Part shown: positions 11,420 to 24,699 of the stretch, piece after piece
Layout of the letters: each line of letters opens with the position of its first letter
How positions within the stretch are numbered: position 1 is the first letter of the stretch
Assembly (NCBI GenBank): GCA_028023455.1
Contig: JAQFVV010000006.1
Span: 13,454,001 to 13,518,000, forward strand
Direction: 5' to 3'
DNA length: 64,000 nt
From: Epiperipatus broadwayi
Taxonomy: Eukaryota; Animalia; Onychophora
Notes under the pieces: model-generated
What the model was told of the DNA's origin: nothing
Databases searched by the model: none
The model's input: only the letters and a program-made list of their open reading frames with translations
Position numbers and translations under genes: made by a program

Positions 11420-13600
11420 TTTCATATTTAGAAAAAGTATATAAAAAATGAAAGAAAAATTACCAAATAATGTAAAAATAGCTTGGAGAAATAGTAAGCC
11501 CTTGGGTAAGTGGTTATATAATGCAAAGTTAAATAGTAGTAAGGTGGGGCTGGTTTATAAAATTGGATATGGAAAATGCAATAAGATATATATAGGACAG
11601 AGGGAAGAATAGCAATTGAGAGGTAAGCAACATGATAGAACCATTAATAGAAAAGATATGAGATCAGGACCATATTTGCATTTGGTTGTCGTCGATGAGC
11701 AGATATATCCCACTTGATGGCGCTGTTTTCACGCTAAAACACATAAAAATGCCGTTTCCGTGGCCGACACCTTCAAACCTGAATTTTCTATAATACAACT
11801 TTTTTGTTGTGCTACAGATTGCAGGCCGCTATGTCGCGTCGCAGTACAGCATGTATGTTTTACGCAGCAAATACATTTTCCGAATTCGCACAGTTTATAA
11901 AATGATTATGGCTTGGGGAGAGGGTGTGTTTTTTTAAATTGGATGGAAATGTTTTCATTGGATTTTTTTTTATTTTAAAGTATTGAAATGTTCCGATTTT
12001 GTAAAGTAATAATTAACAGACTTTTTACACCGTAGTGTATTGAAGTTTTAAGTAGTAAATGTTGACGAGATATATGTATAAAGTTATTTTGAATTAGGTA
12101 AAGAGTCAAGTAACGTACTGTTCATAACATTCCACGAGACATTTTAAGATTGTACCGTGGGTATATTTTTGAAATAAAAAAAAAAGCGTTAACACAAAAT
12201 ATCCAGTAAGAAAAGTACAATTGTACACTGTTTTTTTAAATGTCATAAAAAGCATATATTATAAACATTTTATATATATATATTTGTCGTTGTTTAAAAA
12301 AGTTTTAGTTTCTTTCTTTTCTCCGACTACTGTTATTCTTTGTTGAATATAGTTTACGTTTATTGTTATCATTTATTTTATAGATGTTAGTAAAAAAAAA
12401 TATTTACAAAAATACGATTTTGATATTTTTTATTTTAACCGTAAACCTAACCCTAAAACTAATCCTAAAGCTAACCCTAAAACTAATCCTAACTCTAAAG
12501 CTAACCCTAATCCTAACCCTAAACGTAACAAGTTTTACTTTTAGTTATCATTCTATTTTAAATAAAAACTAGCGGTAAACAACAACAAAAAAAAAAGCCG
12601 TAACCCCAGTAAAAAAATCTCCGATAGAAAATTGATTTTTTCTAATAAAAAGAAAACTAAAAAAGACGAATCAAATTGTAATTTGTTTATTTTATTTTAC
12701 ATTTATTATTATCATTTAATTTGTATACGTTAATAAAAAATAATATTTAAGATTAAGTAATATTTAAAAAGACGATTTTCTTTTTGTTTTTATTTTCGCA
12801 TTACAAAAAACACATCAAAATGATTATAATTAACGGCCCGTGAATGATCATATTTTATAATTTTAGCATGATAACTGCGCCATCGAGTGGGATTTAGCAG
12901 CTATTCTACGACAACCTTGCATTTTTTAGATATAGGTCATAAAATAAAATGTGAAGAAAATATAAAGGCTGTAAAGTATGTAAAAGATTACCGTAAGAGA
13001 ATATATTATGAAATGTTATATATTCAAGAAAATTTGAATTAGTAAATATGGTAAAAGGTCCAGCAAAATTGGGAGGAAAGTGGGCTTATATAGTACTAAG
13101 TCATCCATGCACTTTACTACTTTTACACAATGCTTTATTTACCACTTTCTTTTACAGTTCTTCTTGAGAACTTTTATATCTCCTAACTTCAACTGTTAAA
13201 TTCAAATTTTAAAAATTTACAATTATACTTTTAGAACCCCCCTCCCCCATTAAATTTTATATTTATATTAAATAGGTGGATGATATAGAAAATTAATGTA
13301 AATGGTTTCTACAAAGATAAATATTTAGTTTTTCTATATTTTTTAAGATATTTAATTATATATTCTAAATTATATGTATATGTAAGATGTTAAAGTTTGT
13401 TAAATTTATGTATTTGATTATAGTGTACGAGTATATGATGTGAGGTACAATTTAATGTCAATAATGTCCAGCAGATGGAGTGGATATAATTAATTGGTCA
13501 TGTGATTTGTATTAATAAATATGTTGAGATCTCAATGGAGATGAAAACCAGTTTGATAAATATTAAAATATAATTATCAGTTATTTCAATCTTATTTAAT
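11420..13600 (+). mobile_element. Second copy of the same Penelope-like element, interrupted
   Basis: GLVYKIGYGKCNKIYIGQ at 11547-11600; sequence resumes at 12925 after the 11684-12916 insertion and continues into the shared 3' UTR (13390-13600 matches the reverse complement of 6720-6940). Confidence 0.75.
11684..12916. mobile_element. Non-autonomous DNA transposon, 40-bp TIR GGTTGTCG..., 8-bp TSD (Merlin- or Mutator-like)
   Basis: Perfect TSD ttgcattt (11676-11683, 12917-12924); the empty site is visible in the paralogous PLE copy near 7540; internal (C)CTAA(C/T)C-type repeats at 12443-12522. Confidence 0.85.
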
Positions 13601-13852
13601 TTAAAAATAATTATACATAAAAAACCCTTTTTTTTTGGCACATGGTTTAGTGCCCTTTTCAAATGTTAATAATCTATTTTAACATTAATCAATTATTGCA
13701 GATAGAACACCATCTAGTGTTCCAAAAACAAAATAAAACATCAATAAAATAAATTTATGTATACTTTATGTATTTATAGTGTTAAGAAAAATATTGTATA
13801 TAGTAATAATAATAAAAATAGCTTTAGTGCTTGAGAGTTCGTGAGAATTTTG

Positions 13853-14145
13853 GGTGCCAGCATTGGAATCAGTCACAGAAATTCACGCTCCAGAGTCGGT
13901 CACTACCACAGCATTAAACCACACATTATCTTTATCGCTTGAAACTTCATAAGAAGTTAGAACCCTGGAACTCCCAGTACTGGAAATTGTTCAAAGGATC
14001 TCACACTCTAATGTCCGATAGTCCTAAAACTTCACTGGGAATCATTTTATTGCTTGTGAGTTTATAACAAGTTTGAATGCCGAAAGTGCTCATCAGAAAC
14101 GCTTCAGATTCTAACACCCTACCATTGCGCTAAATCACGCAGGTC
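13853..14145 (-). mobile_element. tRNA-derived SINE-like heads (two; similar pieces at about 35495-35545 and 36130-36185)
   Basis: Minus strand gtggtttaatgctgtggtag / gtgatttagcgcaatggtag resemble a tRNA 5' half with an A box; B box is degenerate. Confidence 0.4.
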
Positions 14146-14567
14146 ACTGTATATAGACTTTATATAAAAATAATATGCTGTGATTTTAGTTACTTAGTAT
14201 TAACATCATTCCTGTGAGAAGTTTGCCCACCTTCACCCTCATTGCGATTTTAAATATTTTGGGAATCTGTTAAATCCGAAATGAGAATCCTTAATAATGA
14301 CGATGCACCAAAAATCATAGCAAATATAACAAAAAATTATAATGAACTTATTAAAATTGTTTATAGAAGAAAATGCTAAAAAAAATGTGTAACTGGTAAC
14401 TAGCTTCAAGCTACGCACCAAAAAAAAATCCTTTAATGATATGATTACGTTGTTCCTCCCCATGTTTATATTCTCTACCCATGGTTTGAAATATATATGT
14501 ATGATAAAATTGATTTCATATGTTTACAAACCTGCACGAGTGTATTCCTAAATAAAGTGTCAACATT

Positions 14568-14650
14568 TTTCATCACATGATCACCATCTCTATAGCACAT
14601 AATTGTGGCACTACTGTATGGCGAGTTTTGCCTTGTTTAATAACATTTTT
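14568..14650. mobile_element. Family 1 short inverted copy D
   Basis: catcacatgatc... (antisense 3' end) joined to ggcactactgtatggcgagttttgcc (sense); flanked by near-duplicate aacatttt(t)tcatc. Confidence 0.6.
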
Positions 14651-15169
14651 TCATCTTGTGCATTCAAGTACGAGTTTGTTCTCTCCTCTTTAATCTGAAG
14701 TTTCCATAGGTCAATTGCCCTTTTTGTTAGTCTTAATGGGTATATTTAAAATTTACATATCATAAATGGATTAATCTTTGTTAATAAAACATGTATATTA
14801 CACAGGATTTGCTACTAAACCTAGGAAGACTTGGAATGAAGAATGGGTCAATTAACTATAGCACCAATGATGTATTTTTTTTTAAAAGAATTAGGTTCTA
14901 TTATGACAAAGCACATTTTTAAATATAATAATGTCCAGTTTAAGTGATTATCTATAATATTTGAAATGTATAACATTTTTCTTCAACAATGGGACATAAA
15001 GTCCAAAGTAGCTACTGCATTGTTAGAAACTTTCTCTAAATACCATCATTTTAAAATATTTTCACATAACTATCTATTTATTACCAACATAATAAACAGA
15101 GCTTGTTATTTAAAGTTATTAAAACGTTTCTTTCATGACTAATGCTTATATGAGTTGGGTATATAAAAT

Positions 15170-15410
15170 AGGTATTATTGAAAAAAGTAAGAGATTGAAG
15201 TTGAACTGGACTGGACATATTGCTAGAAGAGATGATAGTGGATGGACAGTTGAAGTCTTAAACTGGATCCCAGAAATTATAAGACATCTAGAAAGAGACC
15301 ACATGAAATGAATTGGATGTAATAAGAAAGTTTATAGAAAAGCTATGAATCAGAGAAACTGAATTAAACTTGTGTGGACTTTCTGCAGTAGAACAATGAT
15401 TGAAAGTGGT
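15170..15410 (+). mobile_element. RTE-type LINE 3' fragment
   Basis: ctggacatattgctagaagagatgatagtggatggaca matches 55210-55250. Confidence 0.75.
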
Positions 15411-18400
15411 ATCATTTCTTAAGTTATTATATGATCAGACAAGAAGTTTAGCTTTTTTTTTTTTTTACCAGATCTTATTTTAATAAATAAATTCTTGACA
15501 TTGTTTTATTACTTTAAATTTATACTTCTATCAAGATCAACTCTCATTCAGAAAGTCCAAAGGTTAATCAAATAATGAAAAATCTCAATTTTCTATTTAC
15601 AGCTAATCGATCGATAAAATTAATACATTGATTGCTCATCTCAAGAATTTATTAAAATTGATTTTGGCCTGCAAATTCTTAGTATCAATTGAAATATTAA
15701 CAAAAATGTCTTATTGTAAATTATCTTTTTGTTTCTCAAAGCCACTTCTTTTTTTTTTTTGCTCTTTCATTTTTTTGGTTTTACAAAGCCTGCACCAGAG
15801 ATCTATATAATTGTAAATGTATCTCTAATGAAGGCTGCAGGTTCAACCGAAGCCGTTTTAATTTGCTTGGAAAAAAATAGTATACAGGCACTCCTCTATT
15901 TTTGTGCCTAATTGATTTCTGAAATATGTACGAAAGTTGAAATGTACAAAAGTAATGTAAAAAAAAAAACAGTACATATATTTATTTTTTTATTGATTAA
16001 TATCTGGTGTTTTCTTTATAAATTTATCAAGAAATAATTGTACTCTCTTTTCTTGCTTTTTATGATTAAACATAGTCGATTGGCTTAAATTGTACCAATG
16101 ACCAATTGAAGCAAAAGATTCACCGCTTTCAGAACATCTGACAAAACTAGGTTGTTTTCTTTGAAGGCTTGATACAGTTTTTATTCATTATATTTACAAG
16201 AATATAAGTTCTTTAAAAAGGTAGACAGAAATAAATTATATAACCACAATACATGCTTATCATTTAAAAAAACTAGTAGACAAACAAATCTTTATTTTTT
16301 TTCTCTTACTAATGAGGAAAACTAATTTATAGGCAAAAAATATTTTGGTAGTAATTTTTTACAAACCCTAATTAATTCTTCTGTCTGCCTGAAAGCTTAT
16401 TTAAATAATATAGACCAGGGTGGCCTGTACAATAAATTCCCTAAATTCATTTGAGAATGGTAGGGTATGAATCCCTCTACAGAAGTGATTTCTTTGTTTT
16501 GTTTGCCATTTAAACGAGACTTTAATTTGCAAACAGAAAAAAATCAAGATAATCAATAATAATACAAGCAATATTAATTTTTTTTTATATAACAAAGAAA
16601 AAAATACCCCTTCTACTTATTCTAGCGTTTTCTTAACTAGAAACTGCAAAGCAATAATTTAACTGGAAAATTCCACTCCTTTAATATTGAATTACAATAA
16701 TTTTCCATTGCATTTAAAAAATAATTAATTAAATTGCTTTAAGTCTGCAGTTTTTTTACACTACATATTGAAACAGTAAGATTTGAATCCAAATCTTAGT
16801 TTTGCCTCAGTTCTATCAATTCTTCACCTCCCACCCATTATTACCATTTTACATAAGTTCAAACCTCGGATATTGGACTGTGTGCGAGTATTATTATAAA
16901 ATATATGTACATGTCATTAAAAACATCGTATATACGCACACACTCCAGTGTAAGAGATGAGTTTTAAAGTCATATCACGTTATTCAAAGTAATGGATAAT
17001 TAATAAATGCCAATAATATAAAATAAAATATGTTTACAGTTAAGATTTATGTTAACTTGATATCCAAAAGTTATTCCTTTAAATAATATTTTTAAAAAAG
17101 TTAAAGTGTTATAAATCGATGTAAATAGAATCCCATTGGGTCTTCTGTCAAAATTACAAGTTATAGTGGGAGGGGAAAAAGAGATAGAACTGAAAAGTAT
17201 TCCTGAAACTCGTCATTAAATAATTTTGTTAAAAGCATTTTAAATAGGTCAAATGTAAACAAAAAAAAATGTAAAGTAAAAGTAGTCGGATTGAAATCGC
17301 AATTTCACCATGTGCTTCTAATCAACCAAACTGAGGTAGAGAAAAATGTGACCGGATTGAAATCGCGATCTCAACATGTGCCGCTAATGCATCTTTTACC
17401 CAAGGGAATATAATAGCACCAACCTGAGAGATCTTTTGGTTTTATGGCACAGTGTGATGGATCCGAAAGATAAGAAAGTAATAAAAGCTAAAGTCTCATA
17501 TCAAAAAAAAAAAAAAGAGACAGACAACCAAAGGGAGAAGTTCTCTTGTTCTGGCACTGACCCAGGCTATGTACTATTTGGTAAAAGAATATTTATATTA
17601 GTGTAACATGACAATGTGTGAGGAGTAGAGGCCATCGCTATAATCCTCCGATCTATGTCTGTGGAAATGCTGAACTTCCCGTTCGATCTAACTGAAACAA
17701 ATTGAAACCAAACTGCTGCCTACGTATTCAGAATGTGAATGCTTATTAAAATAATCAAACTTATGCTATGAATGAATGAACCCTGGACTCTACGAACTGA
17801 GTGCACACTTCGCATAATCAGAGGTAAACATTACCCAAGATTAAAGACTTTCTTTAGGACTTTTAATTTAAAATTCTATTATATTGTTTTCGTAAATGTG
17901 AAATTTTACCCTCATCTCGTAAATCTTAAATTCTGTTTAATGTATTATATAAATCTAATTAATCCTATCCTTGTTTTATCTATTTACTTGGGTATCTATT
18001 TATTTACTATTTGTTTTCTGTTATATTTCATGTCTACATAATTTCCAAGCTGATATTATATCATAAACTCGTTAAAATTGTTGCTCATTCCTATTTCATA
18101 ATATTCCGTTTTGTTTTATAAATGGGTGGCTCAGAAATGATAAGTTTATTATTTTATATCTTATTGTAAATCATATTGATGCGAGATCCCATAAATTTTA
18201 GTATAGCATGCTGGCTATCTTAGCCATCATCCTATGTTGTTTTGTGTTGGATTGTAGTATAACAATCTAATTAATCCGTAATATTATTACCTAATGGGCA
18301 AATATTAATTTAGTCAATGTGTGAGATTGGAAATGGATTCTATATTTACAAAACATAAATAATGATTAAATGATTTATTTTGAATTGTGAGATGTGCTAG

Positions 18401-20184
18401 AGCCTATAAATGCTAATCATTTAAGCTGCTGCTCGCCCCCAGACAGTTAGACATAAAAAATGATCCCGTGGGAACTGACCTTGTCACGCGGTCGGAAATG
18501 GAAAGACCTCACACCGATACCGCTCATGATTACTCTGAAGGGTTTTGCCGTTCGCCCGTCTCTGGAGTTTCCAGATGTTTTCGCAATAGCGAGGCCTGTT
18601 CTTCCTAAATATGTGGCATTATTTACGCCTATCACAGATTATATTTGTAGGCTTAAATATCTATGCTAAGAACCATTTCACACCCTGCACATTGGATGCT
18701 CTAGTAACGGACCCAACTTAATAAATTTCCTTTTCAATTTATGTATGGTGATAGCTGGGCTGGCGAATACACGCTTGTTTTGATCTCGTATGAATTCCAT
18801 ATCTAGCTGTGTGGCATGGGATATAATTATATAATGATATCAGAGTGGCGTGTAAAAGTAAAATGTAGGCTAATATAAAGCTATATAGTTGTATTTTATT
18901 CTCGTGCAAATGAATTTATGAACATCATTAAATATTTATTTTGATTTATACCTGTCTGCTATTCTTAACATTATTATTCAAGGTATCTCATCTCGATCAT
19001 GATTAGTGCATCAAACAGTAACCCGTGGTGTTAATGTAAATCAGTAGTCTCTTGTATCTACCTAATCTCTGGGCCTAGAAAAGATGTTTGCTATTGTTTT
19101 GGAAGGCCCGTTGTCCTGTAATTTGTTATGAAATAAATTGCCTATGTTCGAACAAGGTACCACAGGCCCTGAACCCACCTGTTGTGCTGCTCTTTGGACC
19201 TGGTGGTGGAATTCTGCAACAGGTTAACAAGGCAAGAGTTATGACCGTTACAATATATATAAGTACCTGTGACGCCAAAAATGGATGCGATTAATTAATG
19301 TCGGTGGCGAAGAGTTAGTAACTAATAGTCCGTAAGAAAATCATTACATAAAAGTATGCACATTTTGTCATTTATATATATGGATAAAAATCAAAAGTAC
19401 AAAACTGCCTGTATTATACTTTGATTTACTGTATTAATCATTTGTTTGGTCTTTAACATGAATAGTTAATCGGAAAACAAATTTTCAAGTGAAATTTTAG
19501 ATTAAATTGATTTGAATGACTCTTACGAATTTGTATAGAATCAGTTTTCCAATTGGTGTAGTTATTATAAAGGCTTTTAAAAGAAAGTTTTTGATTCAAT
19601 AATAAGCTATAATGCTTGATTTAAATGAATATAATTTGATTAAAGTAATTTAATGACATTAAATTTATCGATAGTCTCTAAAAGTTGACACAATTTAATG
19701 AAATAATGATGGCATCAAAATTATAAATTAGCTATGGATGCAAATATTTGACAAAAATCAGTAAATATTTTGTATTCCAAATTGTAAATCCACATTCAAA
19801 AAAATATCCAAAGATTACAGTTGCAAGATACAGGCAAATTTTTTTTTGCAAAAGTTTTTATATATATATCAATGCATGCATTCAGGGTCATGACTAGTAC
19901 ATTTGTATACGACTAATATTAAACCTTTTTTAATCTGGCAATTTGGTTATTGCACATTTCGTTAAGGATGTACAATATTCGATAGCAAATTGTTTCTGAA
20001 ATAACGCAATTTCCACTATTGTTATAGTTGGGAAAATAATTTGTAGATTGTAACTGAAAATATCACATAATAAAGCAAATTTGCAGTATTTTTTTTGCAT
20101 TTCAGCATATGACTGCTACCGACGAGATCTTTGTATTTCTTTAACAATTTCTATTGTAATTGATAGTAAATAAAAAATTATTTT

Positions 20185-21817
20185 GATAAAAGCCTGAAAT
20201 CCAGCCACGGCCGCTTGGGGCATTGTTTACATTTCAAAACACATAAAAATGTCGTTTCGGCGGCCACGGCTTTACAGGCTAATACATTTACGTATTGTAT
20301 TAACCCATTGAGCTAAGCCGCTTTACATGACGTCGCACAAAAATATTACGGCCTGTTTTGTGCTTCGAAGCTATTTACGCATATTCGTTCTTTTCATAGC
20401 TGATTACCGTATCGCTTGAGGGTGTTAAATTTCAAGGCAGTACGACTTTTTCAAATCTCCGTAATAATGTCATTTCGATTTAAAAAATGTTAATTATTAA
20501 GAATTGTCATATGGTCCCCACCCTTCCCGAAAAAAAGATTAATATGTAAAAAAATTGGCAAAGTGTATGTTCAAACAGGCTTCGACAAAGCTCACGCGCT
20601 AAGTCACGTTTCAGCATGGTGGCGAAAATATTCGAGACCACTAAAAGATCTAAGACGAACGTGCAATTTTGAAACTTTTCTTCAGATAAATTGCTGAGTA
20701 CAGAAAGTGAGATTGTGTTTTTTTTTTATTTTGTCAGGCACACGTAATGTCCACTTTTTATTACAGCAATAAAATCGAATAAATAATTTTAAAAAGTCCA
20801 AAGTTTGTGTCCTTTTTTTTTTTTTATTTCATTTGAAATTGACAAGTATTTGGATTCAATTTTTTGCAGCGGGGTTAAAATAAATGACTTTGGTTGACTT
20901 TGTTAAGAACAAATTACAAAATACACCCCACCCCCAAAAGCAATTTATTGTAGAAGGCTAAAAAAAAAAAAAAAAGGTAATTCGAACGAAATAGAAATCA
21001 AAGTAAAAAGTGAGAAAAGGTCATTTCAAAAAACGAAAAAAGTTAAATTCTTGACTTTTTGGTTACAATTCTTTTTCCGAGTGTGGGTGTTTGAAAAAAA
21101 ATTTTTTAATCGGCAAAAACACAAAAGTTAATTTGGATTTAATATTAAGAAAAACAATTACGCCAACCAAAAAGAAATCAAAATTCGAAACAAGTCCCAA
21201 AGTTGATTCTCTTTTTTCAGCGCTGTTAAAATAATTGACTATTGTTAATAATAAACAGTACGAATTCCCCCCCTCCCCCGCTCAAAAAAGCTGTTTCTTG
21301 TAGTAGTTAAAAAAAGGCTAATTCAAACATAATCTAAATCAAAGTGATAACAAGTTGTGTTTAAAAAAAAAAGTAAAATTAATAATAATAATAATAAGAA
21401 AAACCATTTAGTCAAGACAAATAAAAGTAAGGTAGAATTAAGTTCTAAACAAGTCGCAAATAATTGTATTCTATTTTTTCGGCAGTGGGATTCAAACAAA
21501 TTTTTTTGACGTCATGAAACGGTCCGAAGTTTTCAAATGATAAAAAGAAAAAAATACAATTAGCAAAATTTGTTGAAAAAATATCAGGTTCCAACAAAAA
21601 ACCCACAAAAAGTAACGAAAATGAATATCAAAATTTGTTTAATAATAAAGAAATCATGATCTAAATGAAATAAAAATTATTCGTTTAATCAATAGTAGAA
21701 AAAAAAAAATTGTATAAAAAAAGAAAAAAGTTGCGGCGACCCGGTAACGTTATATTTCATTGATTTTGTCTACCATCAATGCTCCAAGCGGCTTTGCCCG
21801 GATTTCAGGCTTTTACC
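20185..21817. mobile_element. Related non-autonomous DNA transposon, TIR G(G/A)TAAAAGCCTGAAATCC, 8-bp TSD
   Basis: TSD attatttt / atcatttt (7/8); shares subterminal aaaacacataaaaatg.cgtttc with 11735-11760. Confidence 0.75.
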
Positions 21818-22295
21818 ATCATTTTATTGCAAAATACAAATTTGCACTTTTTTCTCACATATTAAGGAATGTATTTCTTGGATACACGAGATTTCCACTA
21901 TAATTTTTGTCATTTTCAGTTAAAACTTATTAAATGTTATAATTGAATACTAGCGAAAAGCAGTTTCACACAAGTTATTAATAGAAATTGTTTACAGTGA
22001 TAACTTCTTTACATTAAGGAGTCAACAAAGAAAAGTCTAGGATCTCTATCTCAGCATGATACAATTTATAACTGAATAGTATTTCCCCCAAATATGGAAT
22101 CACACTTGCATGAATGGATCTAAGTCTTTTCATCTTTAAACATATTAGTAAGAATGTAATAAAAATGTACGTTCTTTTTAGAATAGCATTTTAGAATTAA
22201 TATATTTCATAGTTTCATGTTTTATCTTTAAATGTTTGGGTGAGGAATATAGATGTATTTTAATTGTCATTCCCCCCCCCCCTTTTTTTTTACAG

Positions 22296-22396
22296 GTGTT
22301 TTCACGAATATTTTAGGATATCGTCCTGAAGGGTGTCGTAAATCTTCAGTTTCCACTGCATCTTATGATCAAATAATAGAACTGCATTTGAAATAA
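22296..22396 (+). CDS. Candidate terminal coding exon of an unidentified plus-strand gene
   Basis: Very strong acceptor (C/T tract then ttacag|); phase-1 reading xVFTNILGYRPEGCRKSSVSTASYDQIIELHLK*; AATAAA at 22402-22407. No family recognised. Confidence 0.4.
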
Positions 22397-24323
22397 GTGA
22401 AAATAAATGCCAACAAAAAAAATGTACACTCTAACATGTGTATATGTTGTATAAAGTTTAAATCTAATTGTATATATACTAATGGATGTGTCGATCATGT
22501 TAAAATGTAATTTTTAAAAGTTATGTAAATATTTAGTCGTTCAAATTTGGTTTCTGAAAAAAGAATTGCCATATTGTCAAGGAATCTCAAGATACTGATG
22601 GTACACTTAAGTTTTATTCTGTAAAATTCACAGACTCTAAGAACCCCCCGGTTTTCAAAATTTACTGTTAATAAAGATTATTTCACAATATGAAGTTGTT
22701 TTATTCAGATGTTATTATTTTGATTTGATATTTTTAGATACAAACCAGTTTTTTTTTAAGTATGACAAGTTTGAGATTCTAATCTGGACTTTGTAAAATT
22801 GATTTTTTTCAAGTAATAAATAGGTTTAGGCTTTTTCAATTCAGTCCCGCATAGTCAACCAAGAAAGCCATCAATTCATTAAGCATGTGATTTAGCTATT
22901 AATTGAAGATTGATTATTTTGGGTTGGTCAGATGAGAATGAGCATACTATAAAAACTATGTGTATTTTTTAAGTCATTTTGCAAGTACACGTCCCATTAC
23001 CAAGTGCTAAGTCCATAATTTAAATATCACTATTGATGATCAAATAATATTCAGAAGAAATATTAGACCAAGAGTGATTAATCTTTTTCAAAGACTAGTC
23101 AACTCAAATTTATCCGTAAATGATCATTAGACTATAATTTTTAGGGCTTCAAAGTAAACGAATATAAAAATGTTATAGTTATTTATTTCGATATTTAAAC
23201 AATAAGCATCACTGTAACTAGAATATCATGAATAAAGTTTTATCCATTGGAATTATTTTATCTAAGACGTGTGCCATTATAACTAGAATATCATTAATTG
23301 AAGTTTTAGCCATTGGAATAAAATGAAACATACTTTTTAAATGAAGTACATATTCTATAGAAAAGTTTTATTATACATATTTTGAAAATGTATGCAAGCT
23401 TCATATAGACCTCTGAGACTGAAGTTGATTTAAATAATAAGTGAAAGGTGATTCATTTGTTCGTAAACTTTGATCCAGAGAGACATGAAGTATTATGCTG
23501 AACTTGTAAATAGTAAGAAACAAATTATATGTTTTTAATTATTTAACAACAATTAGACATATATATTGCTACATTTCAAAATTTCACTTCAAAACACCAA
23601 GATCAAAATTGATTTAGTAATGCAAATATTAATTTTATAGTTGTACAAACAGAAAATTCTAACGAGCACTAAGAATATTATATAATGTAGCCTCCCATTT
23701 TTGCAGCATTTTATAGCAATGTATTACTTTCACTTGAAAGATTGTCTATTTTATATTTTACAAAATTTTTAATATTAGCAATATATCAGATAGACTATTT
23801 CTCATTTTTGTGTCTAAAGCGAAACCTTTGATCAACATCATATTTGAGAGCTTCAATTGATACCAATGTGTTTTATAAAAAAAAAACCCACACATCTTCA
23901 ACTTTCCAGAGTAGCAATATATATATTTTTTGTCTTACGCTCATTGGTTCTTAAAATGCCAAAATCATTATGTATTGGCATACTCATCCATTTTTAAACT
24001 GGAAATTGCATTTCAAACACATTTACGAAGCAGATCTTCCAAAATTCTGTTTACTGCACCTAAAAATGTTACAGATTTTGTGTATATTATATGTATACGT
24101 GTCGTTAGTACGTCAAAAATAGTAAGAATCTGGCAATTCGCAAGCAAAATTTATCTGAACCATTATCAAATCTAATGTCATTATATAAGTACTAATGTAA
24201 GTCACATGAAATGTAAATATCTAAAATTAAAATCTAAAGTACATTTTATATAGCAATAATATTATATATATATATATAACTTAAATAAGTACGACTATAA
24301 AACAAACCATGAATGAAGGCAGA

Positions 24324-24329
24324 TTTATT
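24324..24329 (-). terminator. Candidate polyadenylation signal of C1QBP
   Basis: AATAAA on the minus strand about 225 nt after the stop codon, followed by a GU/U-rich tract. Confidence 0.5.
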
Positions 24330-24552
24330 CAACAAATTTTATTAATGAAAATTACATTTACATGACAATTGCTAATAGGTAAACTTCCTTTTTTTTCCAC
24401 TTAGTATTTATACTACTGTGCCGATATATTTTAAATAATTCCACAAATCAACATAGCTTCTATTATTGGATGGTTCAAATAAAGTATGTCAAAGCTCTTA
24501 GTAGAAATAAATCTTTATACTCTTTAGTTTGCTATGAATCAAGAGAAAATGT

Positions 24553-24699
24553 TCATTTAGAAATAAAAGATTTAAGACTTTCTAAAAGATTGATATATAA
24601 CTTGTGTTCGTAACTGGAACTGAACTCCGATAGCTGTTGCGCAAATTCGTTAGAAATTCCACGTTCTTCCAAAAAATTCATCAACAAATTGTACATATC
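24553..24699 (-). CDS. C1QBP: C1QBP exon 6 (terminal)
   Basis: Acceptor ttttaag|GAT; DMYNLLMNFLEERGISNEFAQQLSEFSSSYEHKLYINLLESLKSFISK*, the MAM33 C-terminal signature (LYDHLMDFLADRGVD...EH..YI.FLE.LKSF). Six exons sum to 834 nt = 277 aa + stop. Confidence 0.96.
   Translation of the reverse strand, partial: DMYNLLMNFLEERGISNEFAQQLSEFSSSYEHKLYINLLESLKSFISK

Noticed and set aside
12443-12522. Telomere or chromosome-fusion relic
   Set aside because: Degenerate, only about 80 bp, and internal to a TIR/TSD-bounded transposon.
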